Below, in pieces: positions 6,857-15,063 of a stretch of 23,204 bases of DNA (the first letter of the stretch is position 1; each line of letters opens with the position of its first letter). Origin of the DNA: Fimbriimonadales bacterium. GTDB lineage: Bacteria; Armatimonadota; Fimbriimonadia; Fimbriimonadales; JABRVX01. Position numbers and translations under genes: made by a program. The stretch is taken from assembly GCA_045862955.1 (NCBI GenBank), contig BTVI01000044.1:1-23204 (forward strand), read 5' to 3'. Below the pieces are notes generated by a model. It was not told the origin of the DNA. It saw only the letters and a program-made list of their open reading frames with translations, and did not search any database.

Positions 6857-8872
6857 CTACGCCTTCAGGTACTTGTCCAGCCAGTCCACGATCTGCCCCA
6901 GGCGGTGCAGGCGGAGATCGGGGGGGCCGCTGCGGGATAGGCCGTGCGACGTGCTCAGCGGGTAGCGCACGAATTTGGTCTCCACACCCAGTCGCTTGAA
7001 TGCGCTGAACAGCTGCTCCGCCTGCTCGATGGGACAGCGCAGGTCCCCTTCGGAGTGGATGATCAGGGTGGGAGTCTTGACGTTCTTCGCGTATTTCAGA
7101 GGGCTCTGGCGCCAGAGGTCCTCGATCTCGTCCCACGCATTGCCCTTCCACTCCGTGTCGGGAATGAACGCGAAGTCGCAGGTGCCCGCGAAGGAGAGAA
7201 GGCTGACCACGCTGCGATCGGTGATGGCCGTGCGGAACCGGTCGGTGTGCCCCACGATCCAGTTGGTCATGTAGCCGCCATAGCTTCCACCCATCACGGC
7301 CATGCGCGAGGGGTCGACGAAGGGCAACGACGCCGCGTGGTCCGCCACTGCCATCAGATCCACGTAGTCGGCGTTACCCCAGTCTCCCGATATCGCCCGC
7401 GTGTGCGCCTCGCCATAGCCCCGCGAGCCGCGCGGGTTCGAGTACACCACCACATAACCCTGAGCGGCGAGTAGCTGGAACTCGTGGAAGAAGGTCTCAC
7501 CGTACTGCGCGTGGGGTCCGCCGTGAATCTCCAGCGCGCACGGATAGCGTTTGCCTTGCTCGAAGCCGTGCGGCTTCAGCACCCAGCCGTGCACCTTCTG
7601 CCCAGGCTCGCTCTCGATCCAGAAAGGCTCGGGCTCGCAGACCGCCAACTGCTCGAAGAGGGGCCCGTTGAAGTCTGTAAGCGTGCGGACCTGCAAATCG
7701 TCGCCGTCCAGCTTCGCGACGGCCACCTCCGCCGGGCGCGTGGCGGAAGCGACCGTCAATGCGAAGGTTCCGGCTCCATCCGTGTCTCCAACCTCCCACA
7801 GCCCGCGACCTTCGGTGTGGAAGCGAAGCTCGCCGCCCTCGGCAGGAATGCTGCACACGTGGGTGCTGCCGTGCTGGTCTAGGCTGAAGAATAGGCGCGT
7901 GCCGTCCTTGCTCCAGAAGACCTTTGCGCCGAACGAGGCCTCTCGGCTATCGCCGAGCACCGAGCCACCTACCGAGTAATCGTGCTGGGTGCCGAATAGG
8001 TCGGAGGCACCCTGGCCGCTTGCATCGGCGACATAGATGCGGTTGTTGTAGCCCGACCACCAGTCCTGCTCGTTCAGGTGGCCGACGTATGCGATACGGG
8101 TGCCGTCCTTCGACCAGGCGGGCGCATGCTTGGGTCCTTCGGGCAGCCCCTCGAGCTTGGATTCGGCTCCGGTGTCCACATCCAGGATCATCAGGTCGTC
8201 GAGTTGCGGCGTCTCGGAGGGTTCTGGGGAGCGGTTGACCACGAAGCAGAGGCGCTTGCCATCGGGTGCCCAGCAGAAATCCTGCGCGCCGTACCGCTCG
8301 TCGGTTAGCTTCTTCACTTCGCGAGTGGCGAGGTCTACGACGTGCAACTGGTGGTGCTGATCCACGAAGTATCCGTCCCCGTCCAACCGGTACCAGATAT
8401 CGGTGATGATGCGCGGCGGGGTGGAGAGGCCCTTTTCCTCACGCTCCTTTTGTGCTTTTTCGGTCCATTCGGGGGCAGTGGGTCGGAAGGCGAATGCGAT
8501 GCGGGTCGAATCGGGTGACCATTCGATACCCGCGATGGACCCCTCCTCGAGGTCCGTGAGCTTGAAAGCCTCACCGCCATCGGTAGGCAAAAGGTAGATC
8601 TGCGCCTTCGGCTTCTCTCGCGCGGCAACGAAGGCCAGATACTTGCCGTCCGGTGACCACCGGGGACTGCCTTCGCTCTCCTCTCCGAACGTGAACTGCC
8701 GGCTCGCGCCCGTCTCCACGTCGGATACCCAGATGTGGGTGCGGTACTTGTTCTTCTCCTTGTCCACCGTCTTGTGGCAGAAGGCAATCTTCTTCGTATC
8801 CGGTGAGAGCTGCGGGTCGCCGAGGTAGACGAGTTCGAGCAGGTCCTCGGCGGCAATGGGTCTTCGCGCCAT
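6857..8872 (-). CDS. S9 family (acylaminoacyl/dipeptidyl-peptidase-like) serine peptidase with PD40/TolB-like propeller
   Basis: ATG 8872 follows GGGAGG; SPD/WSPDG repeats; IHGGP, nucleophile GGSYGG, HSEGDLRCP (Asp) and SHGLSR (His). Confidence 0.95.
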   Translation of the reverse strand: MARRPIAAEDLLELVYLGDPQLSPDTKKIAFCHKTVDKEKNKYRTHIWVSDVETGASRQFTFGEESEGSPRWSPDGKYLAFVAAREKPKAQIYLLPTDGGEAFKLTDLEEGSIAGIEWSPDSTRIAFAFRPTAPEWTEKAQKEREEKGLSTPPRIITDIWYRLDGDGYFVDQHHQLHVVDLATREVKKLTDERYGAQDFCWAPDGKRLCFVVNRSPEPSETPQLDDLMILDVDTGAESKLEGLPEGPKHAPAWSKDGTRIAYVGHLNEQDWWSGYNNRIYVADASGQGASDLFGTQHDYSVGGSVLGDSREASFGAKVFWSKDGTRLFFSLDQHGSTHVCSIPAEGGELRFHTEGRGLWEVGDTDGAGTFALTVASATRPAEVAVAKLDGDDLQVRTLTDFNGPLFEQLAVCEPEPFWIESEPGQKVHGWVLKPHGFEQGKRYPCALEIHGGPHAQYGETFFHEFQLLAAQGYVVVYSNPRGSRGYGEAHTRAISGDWGNADYVDLMAVADHAASLPFVDPSRMAVMGGSYGGYMTNWIVGHTDRFRTAITDRSVVSLLSFAGTCDFAFIPDTEWKGNAWDEIEDLWRQSPLKYAKNVKTPTLIIHSEGDLRCPIEQAEQLFSAFKRLGVETKFVRYPLSTSHGLSRSGPPDLRLHRLGQIVDWLDKYLKA

Positions 8873-9134
8873 CGTGGTTACCTCCCTGGTGCTGGCCGAA
8901 GTGTATCCGCCTTGCTGGGCTTGCCACAACAGCAGGCCCTCCCTTCCGGCGTCCCGCCGGCGATCGTAGCGCCGTCGCATCCCGTCGCCGCGTCGGCGAA
9001 ACCACTGGGCTTGGAACCTTAGTGTCGTCGTCCCGGCGTCCTGCAGGATTCCATGCGCCGACTCTCCGGCTCCGCGGCACCTGGCAGAGGCTAGCTGGTC
9101 GCACTACATGAGCAGCCGAGCGTCGGGTCGCGTG

Positions 9135-9332
9135 CTACTCCTGCGTCGGCTTTGGGCCGGTCTTGGGAAGGCTGCCGTGCTGAAAGAACCCCACCTTCAC
9201 CCCGAACGCCTTCTCCGGGAAGAAGCAGACAGGGCCTGTTCGGTGTCCGCGAGGGACACGACGGGCGCCGCCAACAGGCAACACAGTACGAAAAGCATCC
9301 ATGCAACCCGCCGCCCGTCCGCACCCTGTCAT
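9135..9332 (-). pseudogene. Possible frameshifted remnant of a secreted-protein gene
   Basis: GAGG RBS with ATG 9332 in one frame. A signal-peptide-like stretch (RRVAWMLFVLCCLLAAPVVSLA-DTEQ) lies in an adjacent frame that stops at 9197. No long ORF is present. Confidence 0.3.
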
Positions 9333-9546
9333 AGTGCACCTCGTCATTACGTCGAGTAGCTAGGGATTATCGGCGGTAGGCTCTGCAATCAGCTTACACC
9401 GACATAAGAGCCGGCTTTCCCCGTCTATCAAGCGGCGTCGAGCAATTTCGCCGAGAAAGGTGCGTGCCTCTGACCGCGCGGGCTCCTGCCGGGCGGGGGG
9501 CCACCTTCCGCCCCTCCCCTGCGGTAGATTCGGCACGAGGTGAACG

Positions 9547-10782
9547 ATGTCCGATAAGCTGGCCGTTTTGGGTGGAACTCCGGTTCGAACGGGTCCGTTG
9601 GGCAGATGGCCCATCTGCGACGAGCGCGACGAACAGGCAGTGCTGCGTGTACTGCGTTCGGGGCGCTGGGGCCGGTCCGGCGACGGAGAGTTGGAGCGTT
9701 TCGAGGCGCGCTTCGCGGGTTATTGCGGAGCTCGCTACGGCGTCACGGTAACCAACGGCACCGTTGCCCTGCGCATCGCACTGTGGGCAGCGGGGGTCGG
9801 GCCGGGAGACGAGGTGATCGTGCCACCATACACGTTCCTCGCCACCGCAACCGCAGTGGTGGAGTGCAACGCCACACCGATTTTCGTGGACATCGAGCCG
9901 CAGACCTATAATCTGGACCCCGAGCGGTTCGAAAAGGCGATCACGCCACGGACCAAAGCGGTCATTCCCGTTCACCTCGCGGGCCTGCCCGCGGATATGG
10001 ACACCATCTGCGAGATCGCGCGGCGCCACGGGATCACCGTGATCGAAGACGCAGCGCATGCCCACGGGTCGGCCTACAAGGGACGGCGATGCGGGTCCTT
10101 GGGTGACATGGCCTGCTTCTCGTTTCAGTCGTCCAAGAACTTGAATAGCGGAGAGGGCGGCATCATACTAACATCCGATGAGCGGCTGTTCGAGCTGTGC
10201 CGTTCGATCCACAACTGCGGGCGCCTTCCCGGGGGTAGGTGGTACGACCATAACATCATGAGTGGCAACTACCGCCTGTCGGAGATGCAAGCGGCGCTCT
10301 TGCACGCGCAGATGGACCGGCTGGACGAGCTGGCTGCCCGGCGAGAACAGGTGGCGCGTAGATTTACAGCCCTGTTAGGTGATGTGCCCGGTATCGAGCC
10401 CCTGCCGTACGGACCTCATACCACCGCGCACGCCTATCACCTATACGTGATACGCTATGACGAAACCGTGTACGGTGTGCCCCGCGCTACGTACTGCAAA
10501 GCGATCCAGGCGGAAGGGGTTCCGCTCAGCGAGGGCTATGTGTTGCCTTTGTATCGCCAGCCTCTGTTTGCTAACCGCGCCTTCGGACCGTTCCTGGTCT
10601 CGGAACAGATGGACTACAACGCCGTCTCTTGCCCCGTGTGCGAGCGAGCGTGCGGCACGGAGGGCACTTGGCTCTGGCAAGGGCACCTGCTGGCCTCCGA
10701 CGAGGACGTCGAGCGGGTGGGCGAGGCGTTCCATAAGCTATACCGGCTTCGCGACCAATTACGAGAGGTGCCCAATTGCTAG
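9547..10782 (+). CDS. DegT/DnrJ/EryC1/StrS family PLP-dependent aminotransferase
   Basis: GAGGTG RBS; NGTVAL, GDEVIVPPYTF.AT, IEDAAHAHG, FSFQSSKNL.SGEGG (PLP lysine), NYRLSEMQAA. Confidence 0.95.
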   Translation: MSDKLAVLGGTPVRTGPLGRWPICDERDEQAVLRVLRSGRWGRSGDGELERFEARFAGYCGARYGVTVTNGTVALRIALWAAGVGPGDEVIVPPYTFLATATAVVECNATPIFVDIEPQTYNLDPERFEKAITPRTKAVIPVHLAGLPADMDTICEIARRHGITVIEDAAHAHGSAYKGRRCGSLGDMACFSFQSSKNLNSGEGGIILTSDERLFELCRSIHNCGRLPGGRWYDHNIMSGNYRLSEMQAALLHAQMDRLDELAARREQVARRFTALLGDVPGIEPLPYGPHTTAHAYHLYVIRYDETVYGVPRATYCKAIQAEGVPLSEGYVLPLYRQPLFANRAFGPFLVSEQMDYNAVSCPVCERACGTEGTWLWQGHLLASDEDVERVGEAFHKLYRLRDQLREVPNC

Positions 10783-12005
10783 TCGGTGCCGCGGAGACTG
10801 ACATAACACCGGATTGGCCTGTCGAACTCGGTGGCTTCGCGGCACGCGAACAGCCCAGTGTGGGGGTGCACGATCCCATCCACGCTAGGGCTCTGTATGT
10901 TGTCGGCGCCGACGGTGACAAGCTCCTGTGGTTGCATGCCGAATGTGTAGGATTCGATGCTAACTACGTAGCTCGGATTCGAGCTATGTTGTCCTCCGCG
11001 CTTGCGCTCCCACCCGAAGCAATCTGTCTCTCTGCTACTCACACGCATTCTGCCCCGGCCACTATCACGCTCACACTCACAGGCCATCAGGACCCTTCTT
11101 ACATGCAGTGGCTGGAAGAGAAGCTGTGCGAAGTCGCCGAGGGGGCCACGCGGTCGGTCGAGGAGTGCCGGGTGCTGTGTGGTAGGAGGGATCTTAGTCT
11201 CGGCGTGGAGAGGCGGCGTGATGCGACTGCTCCGGTGGATGAGACCGTGACCGTCACGGCCTTCGAGCGAGCTAGCGGGGACCTGAAAGCGGTGGTAGCT
11301 AACTACGCCGTGCACAACGTGGCGATGGGACACGAGAACCGCCTGATAAGCAGTGACATCCACGGTTACGCTGCGAGCTGGCTGCACGAGAACCTGCCAG
11401 GTAGGCCGATCTGTCTGTTGCTGCCTGGTGCGTGTGCGAACATCAATCCCCCCAGCGAAGGAACCGACTACGATCGTGTGGCCGGGTGGGGCAAGGATTT
11501 GGGTGGTACGGTGGCGGCAGCCATCCACGGCGCGAACGAGGATAACTCGTCCGTAGGGATCGAGCTGTTAGCGATTGAAATCCCACTAGAAAAGCTGGAT
11601 GGTGTTGCGCTCGCCGCACGAGCAGACTCCCTTCGCGCCGCGATGGGCGATGGAAGCACATACGCATCTGCACGCTGTCGAGAGGCTGTGAGCATCTGGG
11701 AACAGCACATGTTGTCGCGTCCACAGCGCGAGTCCGTCACCATGGACGTGCAGCTCATTACGCTCGGCAGCACCTGCTATGCTTGTGTCGGCGCGGAGGT
11801 GTTCTCGCATATGACGCGGGCCGTCCCGACTGTGTGCCCCGTGGGTTGCGCGAACGGCATCATCGGCTATATCGCCCCCCGTCACATCTATGACGTGGGT
11901 GGATACGAGGTGGACTCCGCATACGTCTTCTATGATACGCAACGCATCCTCCCTGGTGGATTCGAGAAGGTGGTTGCACTCCTAAGGGAGCGAGCGGGAT
12001 GCTGA
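10776..12005 (+). CDS. Neutral/alkaline ceramidase-like (N-terminal domain) hydrolase
   Basis: GAAETDITP...LGGF..R...GVHDPIHARAL, SATHTHSAP, NYAVH, GACANINP, NG.IGY....YD.GGYE; TTG start overlaps the upstream gene. Confidence 0.8.
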   Translation: MLVGAAETDITPDWPVELGGFAAREQPSVGVHDPIHARALYVVGADGDKLLWLHAECVGFDANYVARIRAMLSSALALPPEAICLSATHTHSAPATITLTLTGHQDPSYMQWLEEKLCEVAEGATRSVEECRVLCGRRDLSLGVERRRDATAPVDETVTVTAFERASGDLKAVVANYAVHNVAMGHENRLISSDIHGYAASWLHENLPGRPICLLLPGACANINPPSEGTDYDRVAGWGKDLGGTVAAAIHGANEDNSSVGIELLAIEIPLEKLDGVALAARADSLRAAMGDGSTYASARCREAVSIWEQHMLSRPQRESVTMDVQLITLGSTCYACVGAEVFSHMTRAVPTVCPVGCANGIIGYIAPRHIYDVGGYEVDSAYVFYDTQRILPGGFEKVVALLRERAGC

Positions 12006-13663
12006 GGGAGATTGCAGTCCAGAACCTCGCAGTGATCGAGAGCGCACGACTCGAGATGAGCGGACGCCTCATAGCGATCACGGGTGAGACGGGTGCGGGC
12101 AAGTCGCTGGTAGTGGACGCCATCGGGCTTGCGCTGGGCGACAGGGCGGATAGCCAACGTGTCGCGTCCGGCGCGCGCAAGGCGGTGATCTCGGCGGTTT
12201 TTGCGGTTCCGCCGGCCGGCACGGCAGAAGCCGAGCTCCGTGCACAGGGGTTCGAGCTAGAAGAAGGCATGCTCTTTCTGACGAGGGAGATCACGCCCGA
12301 AGGACGCTCCACGTGCCGCATCAACGGCCACGCCGCTCCAGCATCGGCGGCACGGACAGTGGGAGAGTGCCTGGTCGACCTCCATGGCCAACACGAGCAC
12401 CAGACCTTGCTTCGCCCCGTCGTACACCGTGACCTGCTGGATGCATGGTTAGGTGAAAAGGCCATGGCGCTGCGCCAGCAGATTGGGGACTGCTACACCG
12501 CGCTGCAGGACGCCGAAAAGCGAATCGCTGATCTGGAGAGCCGCTCGCGTGAGCGCGAACGGCTGGCCGATCTGCTCCGCTTCGAGCTTGCCGAGATAGA
12601 GGGCGCCGACCTGACACCGGGGGAGGAAGCCGAACTGCATGCGGAGCGCAAGCGCATTCAGAATGCCGAGCGGCTCTCTGGGGAAGTGACAGTCGCGCTA
12701 GACGCGCTCACTGCGGGCGAGACGAGCGCGAGCGACCTGCTAGCCACCGCGGAAGCCGCCTTGCAACGAGCGGCTTCGCTGGACGAGCGGCTGACCGACG
12801 TACTAGCTCAGGTTCGCGATGCGCTGGTATCAGCGCAAGAGGCCGGTGCGACGCTGGCCGATTATGCGGAGTCCTTCTCGGTGGACCCCGAACGCGTTGC
12901 GATCGTGGAAGACCGCCTCGACCTGCTGCACCGCCTGCAGCGTAAGTATGGCGCAACCGTGGAGGAAGTTCTGGCTTACGCGGAACAGGCTCGAGCCAAC
13001 CTCGCCGACTTGGAGGGTGGCGAAGAAGCGTTGGAGGCACTGCGCGAGGAGCGAGATGCACGTCGGGCGGAGATGTTGGCTGCGTGCAAGGAGCTGACCA
13101 AGCTGCGGCGCGATGGCGCGCCGCGATTCGAGAAGGAAGCTCTGCGACACATCCGGGACCTGGCGATGGAGCAGGCTGCCTTCGAAGTGCGCCTCACCCC
13201 CAAGGAACCGGACGCAGGGGGAGCGGAATCGGTGGAGTTCCTGTTCTCCGCGAACCCGGGCCATCCGCCGCAGCCACTGGGACGCATCGCCTCAGGCGGA
13301 GAACTCTCCCGAGTCATGTTAGCGCTTCGGTGCGCGCTGGCGGGGGCCTCGCCGGCGCCCACCATCGTGTACGATGAGGTGGATGCGGGGCTGGGCGGAC
13401 AAGTGGCTGCCGTCGTGGGTGACAAGCTTCGGCAGCTCGCGCAACACAGCCAGGTCATCGTGATCACACACCTGGCGCAGATCGCCGGGCGCGCAGACGA
13501 GCAGTTCTGCATCACCAAAGAGGCACTGGACGGGCGGACCGCGGTGCGCGTGGAGCGGTTGGAAGGCGAGGAGCGGGTGCGGGAGCTGGCGAGGATGCTG
13601 AGCGGGGACGAGGCACGCGACACGGCCTTGCGGCATGCTAGAGAGCTCCTTGCCGAGGTGTGA
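11999..13663 (+). CDS. recN: DNA repair protein RecN
   Basis: Walker A ITGETGAGKS, DLHGQHEHQ, coiled coil, signature ASGGELSRVML, Walker B YDEVDAG, VITHLAQIA, ERVRELARML. Confidence 0.97.
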   Translation: MLREIAVQNLAVIESARLEMSGRLIAITGETGAGKSLVVDAIGLALGDRADSQRVASGARKAVISAVFAVPPAGTAEAELRAQGFELEEGMLFLTREITPEGRSTCRINGHAAPASAARTVGECLVDLHGQHEHQTLLRPVVHRDLLDAWLGEKAMALRQQIGDCYTALQDAEKRIADLESRSRERERLADLLRFELAEIEGADLTPGEEAELHAERKRIQNAERLSGEVTVALDALTAGETSASDLLATAEAALQRAASLDERLTDVLAQVRDALVSAQEAGATLADYAESFSVDPERVAIVEDRLDLLHRLQRKYGATVEEVLAYAEQARANLADLEGGEEALEALREERDARRAEMLAACKELTKLRRDGAPRFEKEALRHIRDLAMEQAAFEVRLTPKEPDAGGAESVEFLFSANPGHPPQPLGRIASGGELSRVMLALRCALAGASPAPTIVYDEVDAGLGGQVAAVVGDKLRQLAQHSQVIVITHLAQIAGRADEQFCITKEALDGRTAVRVERLEGEERVRELARMLSGDEARDTALRHARELLAEV

Positions 13664-13788
13664 CCCCCTCGAGCGGCGCTCCACCCCAACGATTCTCCTT
13701 CGTCTCTTCGCACAATGAGCGCGAATCGGCCGAAAGAGATGTACAATAGTTACGCGGTAGGACGGATATCCGCCGTATGGAGGTGACT

Positions 13789-14502
13789 ATGCAGGACCTT
13801 CGTAGAGCGTTGGGCTTCACGCTGATCGAGCTATTGGTAGTCATCGCGATCATCGCCATCCTCGCGGCGATCCTTTTCCCCGTGTTCGCCTCTGCGCGTG
13901 CCAAGGCTCGGCAGACGCAATGTAGCAGCAACATCAAGCAGCTCAACATTGGCATGATGCTATACATTAGTGATCATGACGATCGCATGATCACGTATCA
14001 CTTCTTTAACTACGCGAGCGGCTATACGGACGACCTACGCAAGGGTTCCGCCAACAAGTACATCCGCTCTCCAGAGGTCTTCCGCTGCCCTGCCGACAAC
14101 ATGGAGCGATGGGACTGGGCCAACTGGGGTCCCGACATGCCGAAGATCAAGGGCACCTACTCTTACACCATCAACTCCTACCTAACCAAGAGCACGCCTT
14201 ACGGCTGGAGTGATACATACCAAGGCAAAGTCAAGCTCAGCTACTTCCAGGAGCCGGCTCGAACACCCAGCTTCGTAGAGGAAAAAGGTATCAACGAGTG
14301 GTCTGCGTACGATCCGGGGCATCTCTACTGGGGCATCAACGACTCGCGCTTCGGCAACGTGGACGAGACGAGCGGGCGCCACAACGGGAAGTGCAACGTG
14401 GCTCACCTCGACGGGCACGTAAAGACCGTAAAGGGCGATCTGATCTGGCTGTACGCGCGCAACGACGATGGCACGTTCTGGTGCTGCCCACCAGTGAAGT
14501 GA
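13789..14502 (+). CDS. Prepilin-type N-terminal cleavage/methylation protein with H-X9-DG motif (paralogue of 3048..3725)
   Basis: ATG 13789 follows [49 protein letters not shown]. Confidence 0.92.
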   Translation: MQDLRRALGFTLIELLVVIAIIAILAAILFPVFASARAKARQTQCSSNIKQLNIGMMLYISDHDDRMITYHFFNYASGYTDDLRKGSANKYIRSPEVFRCPADNMERWDWANWGPDMPKIKGTYSYTINSYLTKSTPYGWSDTYQGKVKLSYFQEPARTPSFVEEKGINEWSAYDPGHLYWGINDSRFGNVDETSGRHNGKCNVAHLDGHVKTVKGDLIWLYARNDDGTFWCCPPVK

Positions 14503-14687
14503 CCTCCGAACGCTGACGGGCTTAGCCCCGTCGCGCTGCCCCGTGCAGTGACGCTGAGCCTAGGGCCCGTCGAGGCCCCCACTTGTCATTCCGATTGCCA
14601 GCCGTTCCTATGAGGTTAGGGCTTGGCTGACGCAGCAGTCGTGTCATGTAGAGCCCCTTACACCGTCCGACATACCCCACACCGAAT

Positions 14688-14794
14688 CGTCGTGCTGAGC
14701 GTGTCGAAGCATGAGCTCGAATGCTGCAAAGGCGGTACTAGCAGCAGATAGCATGCGGTGTGTGCTGTCATGCTTCGACAAGCTCAGCATGACG
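14688..14794. repeat. Inverted pair of 27-bp CGTC-tagged palindromic (REP-like) repeats around a 53-bp spacer
   Basis: 14688-14714 CGTCGTGCTGAGCGTGTCGAAGCATGA matches the reverse complement of 14768-14794, CGTCATGCTGAGCTTGTCGAAGCATGA, at 25/27. Each copy is itself an imperfect hairpin. Confidence 0.8.
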
Positions 14795-14822
14795 GGCCAT
14801 GGCTGCCCACATGAGGAGCACC

Positions 14823-14997
14823 CAGGAGGACATACCGAGACAGGTTCAGCATGATTCGAAGGGCTCGAGGCCACACGAACAGGGGGACATACCGAGACAG
14901 GTTCAGCATGATTCGAAGAGCTCGAGGCCGCACTAACAGGAGGACATACCGAGACAGGTTCAGCATGGCTCGAAGAGCTCGAGGCCGCACTAACAGG
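14823..14997. repeat. Tandem repeat, 3 x 57 bp, each unit carrying a diverged copy of the REP-like motif
   Basis: Units start at 14823, 14880 and 14937 (consensus CAGGAGGACATACCGAGACAGGTTCAGCATGATTCGAAGAGCTCGAGGCCGCACTAA, few substitutions), with a partial CAGG at 14994. Confidence 0.9.
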
Positions 14998-15063
14998 CGA
15001 TCCCCATCTGCCCTGAAAGGCTCAGCATCACGAACCATTGTCACCGGAGAGCTCCTGGTCAGC

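Noticed and set aside
14515..14532. Hairpin GACGGG-CTTAGC-CCCGTC as terminator of the second prepilin gene
   Set aside because: Only a 6-bp stem and no U tract; plausible but too weak to call.
14688..15032. CRISPR array
   Set aside because: The inter-repeat segments of the three 57-bp units are near-identical, the repeats are degenerate and in both orientations, and no cas gene is in the window.
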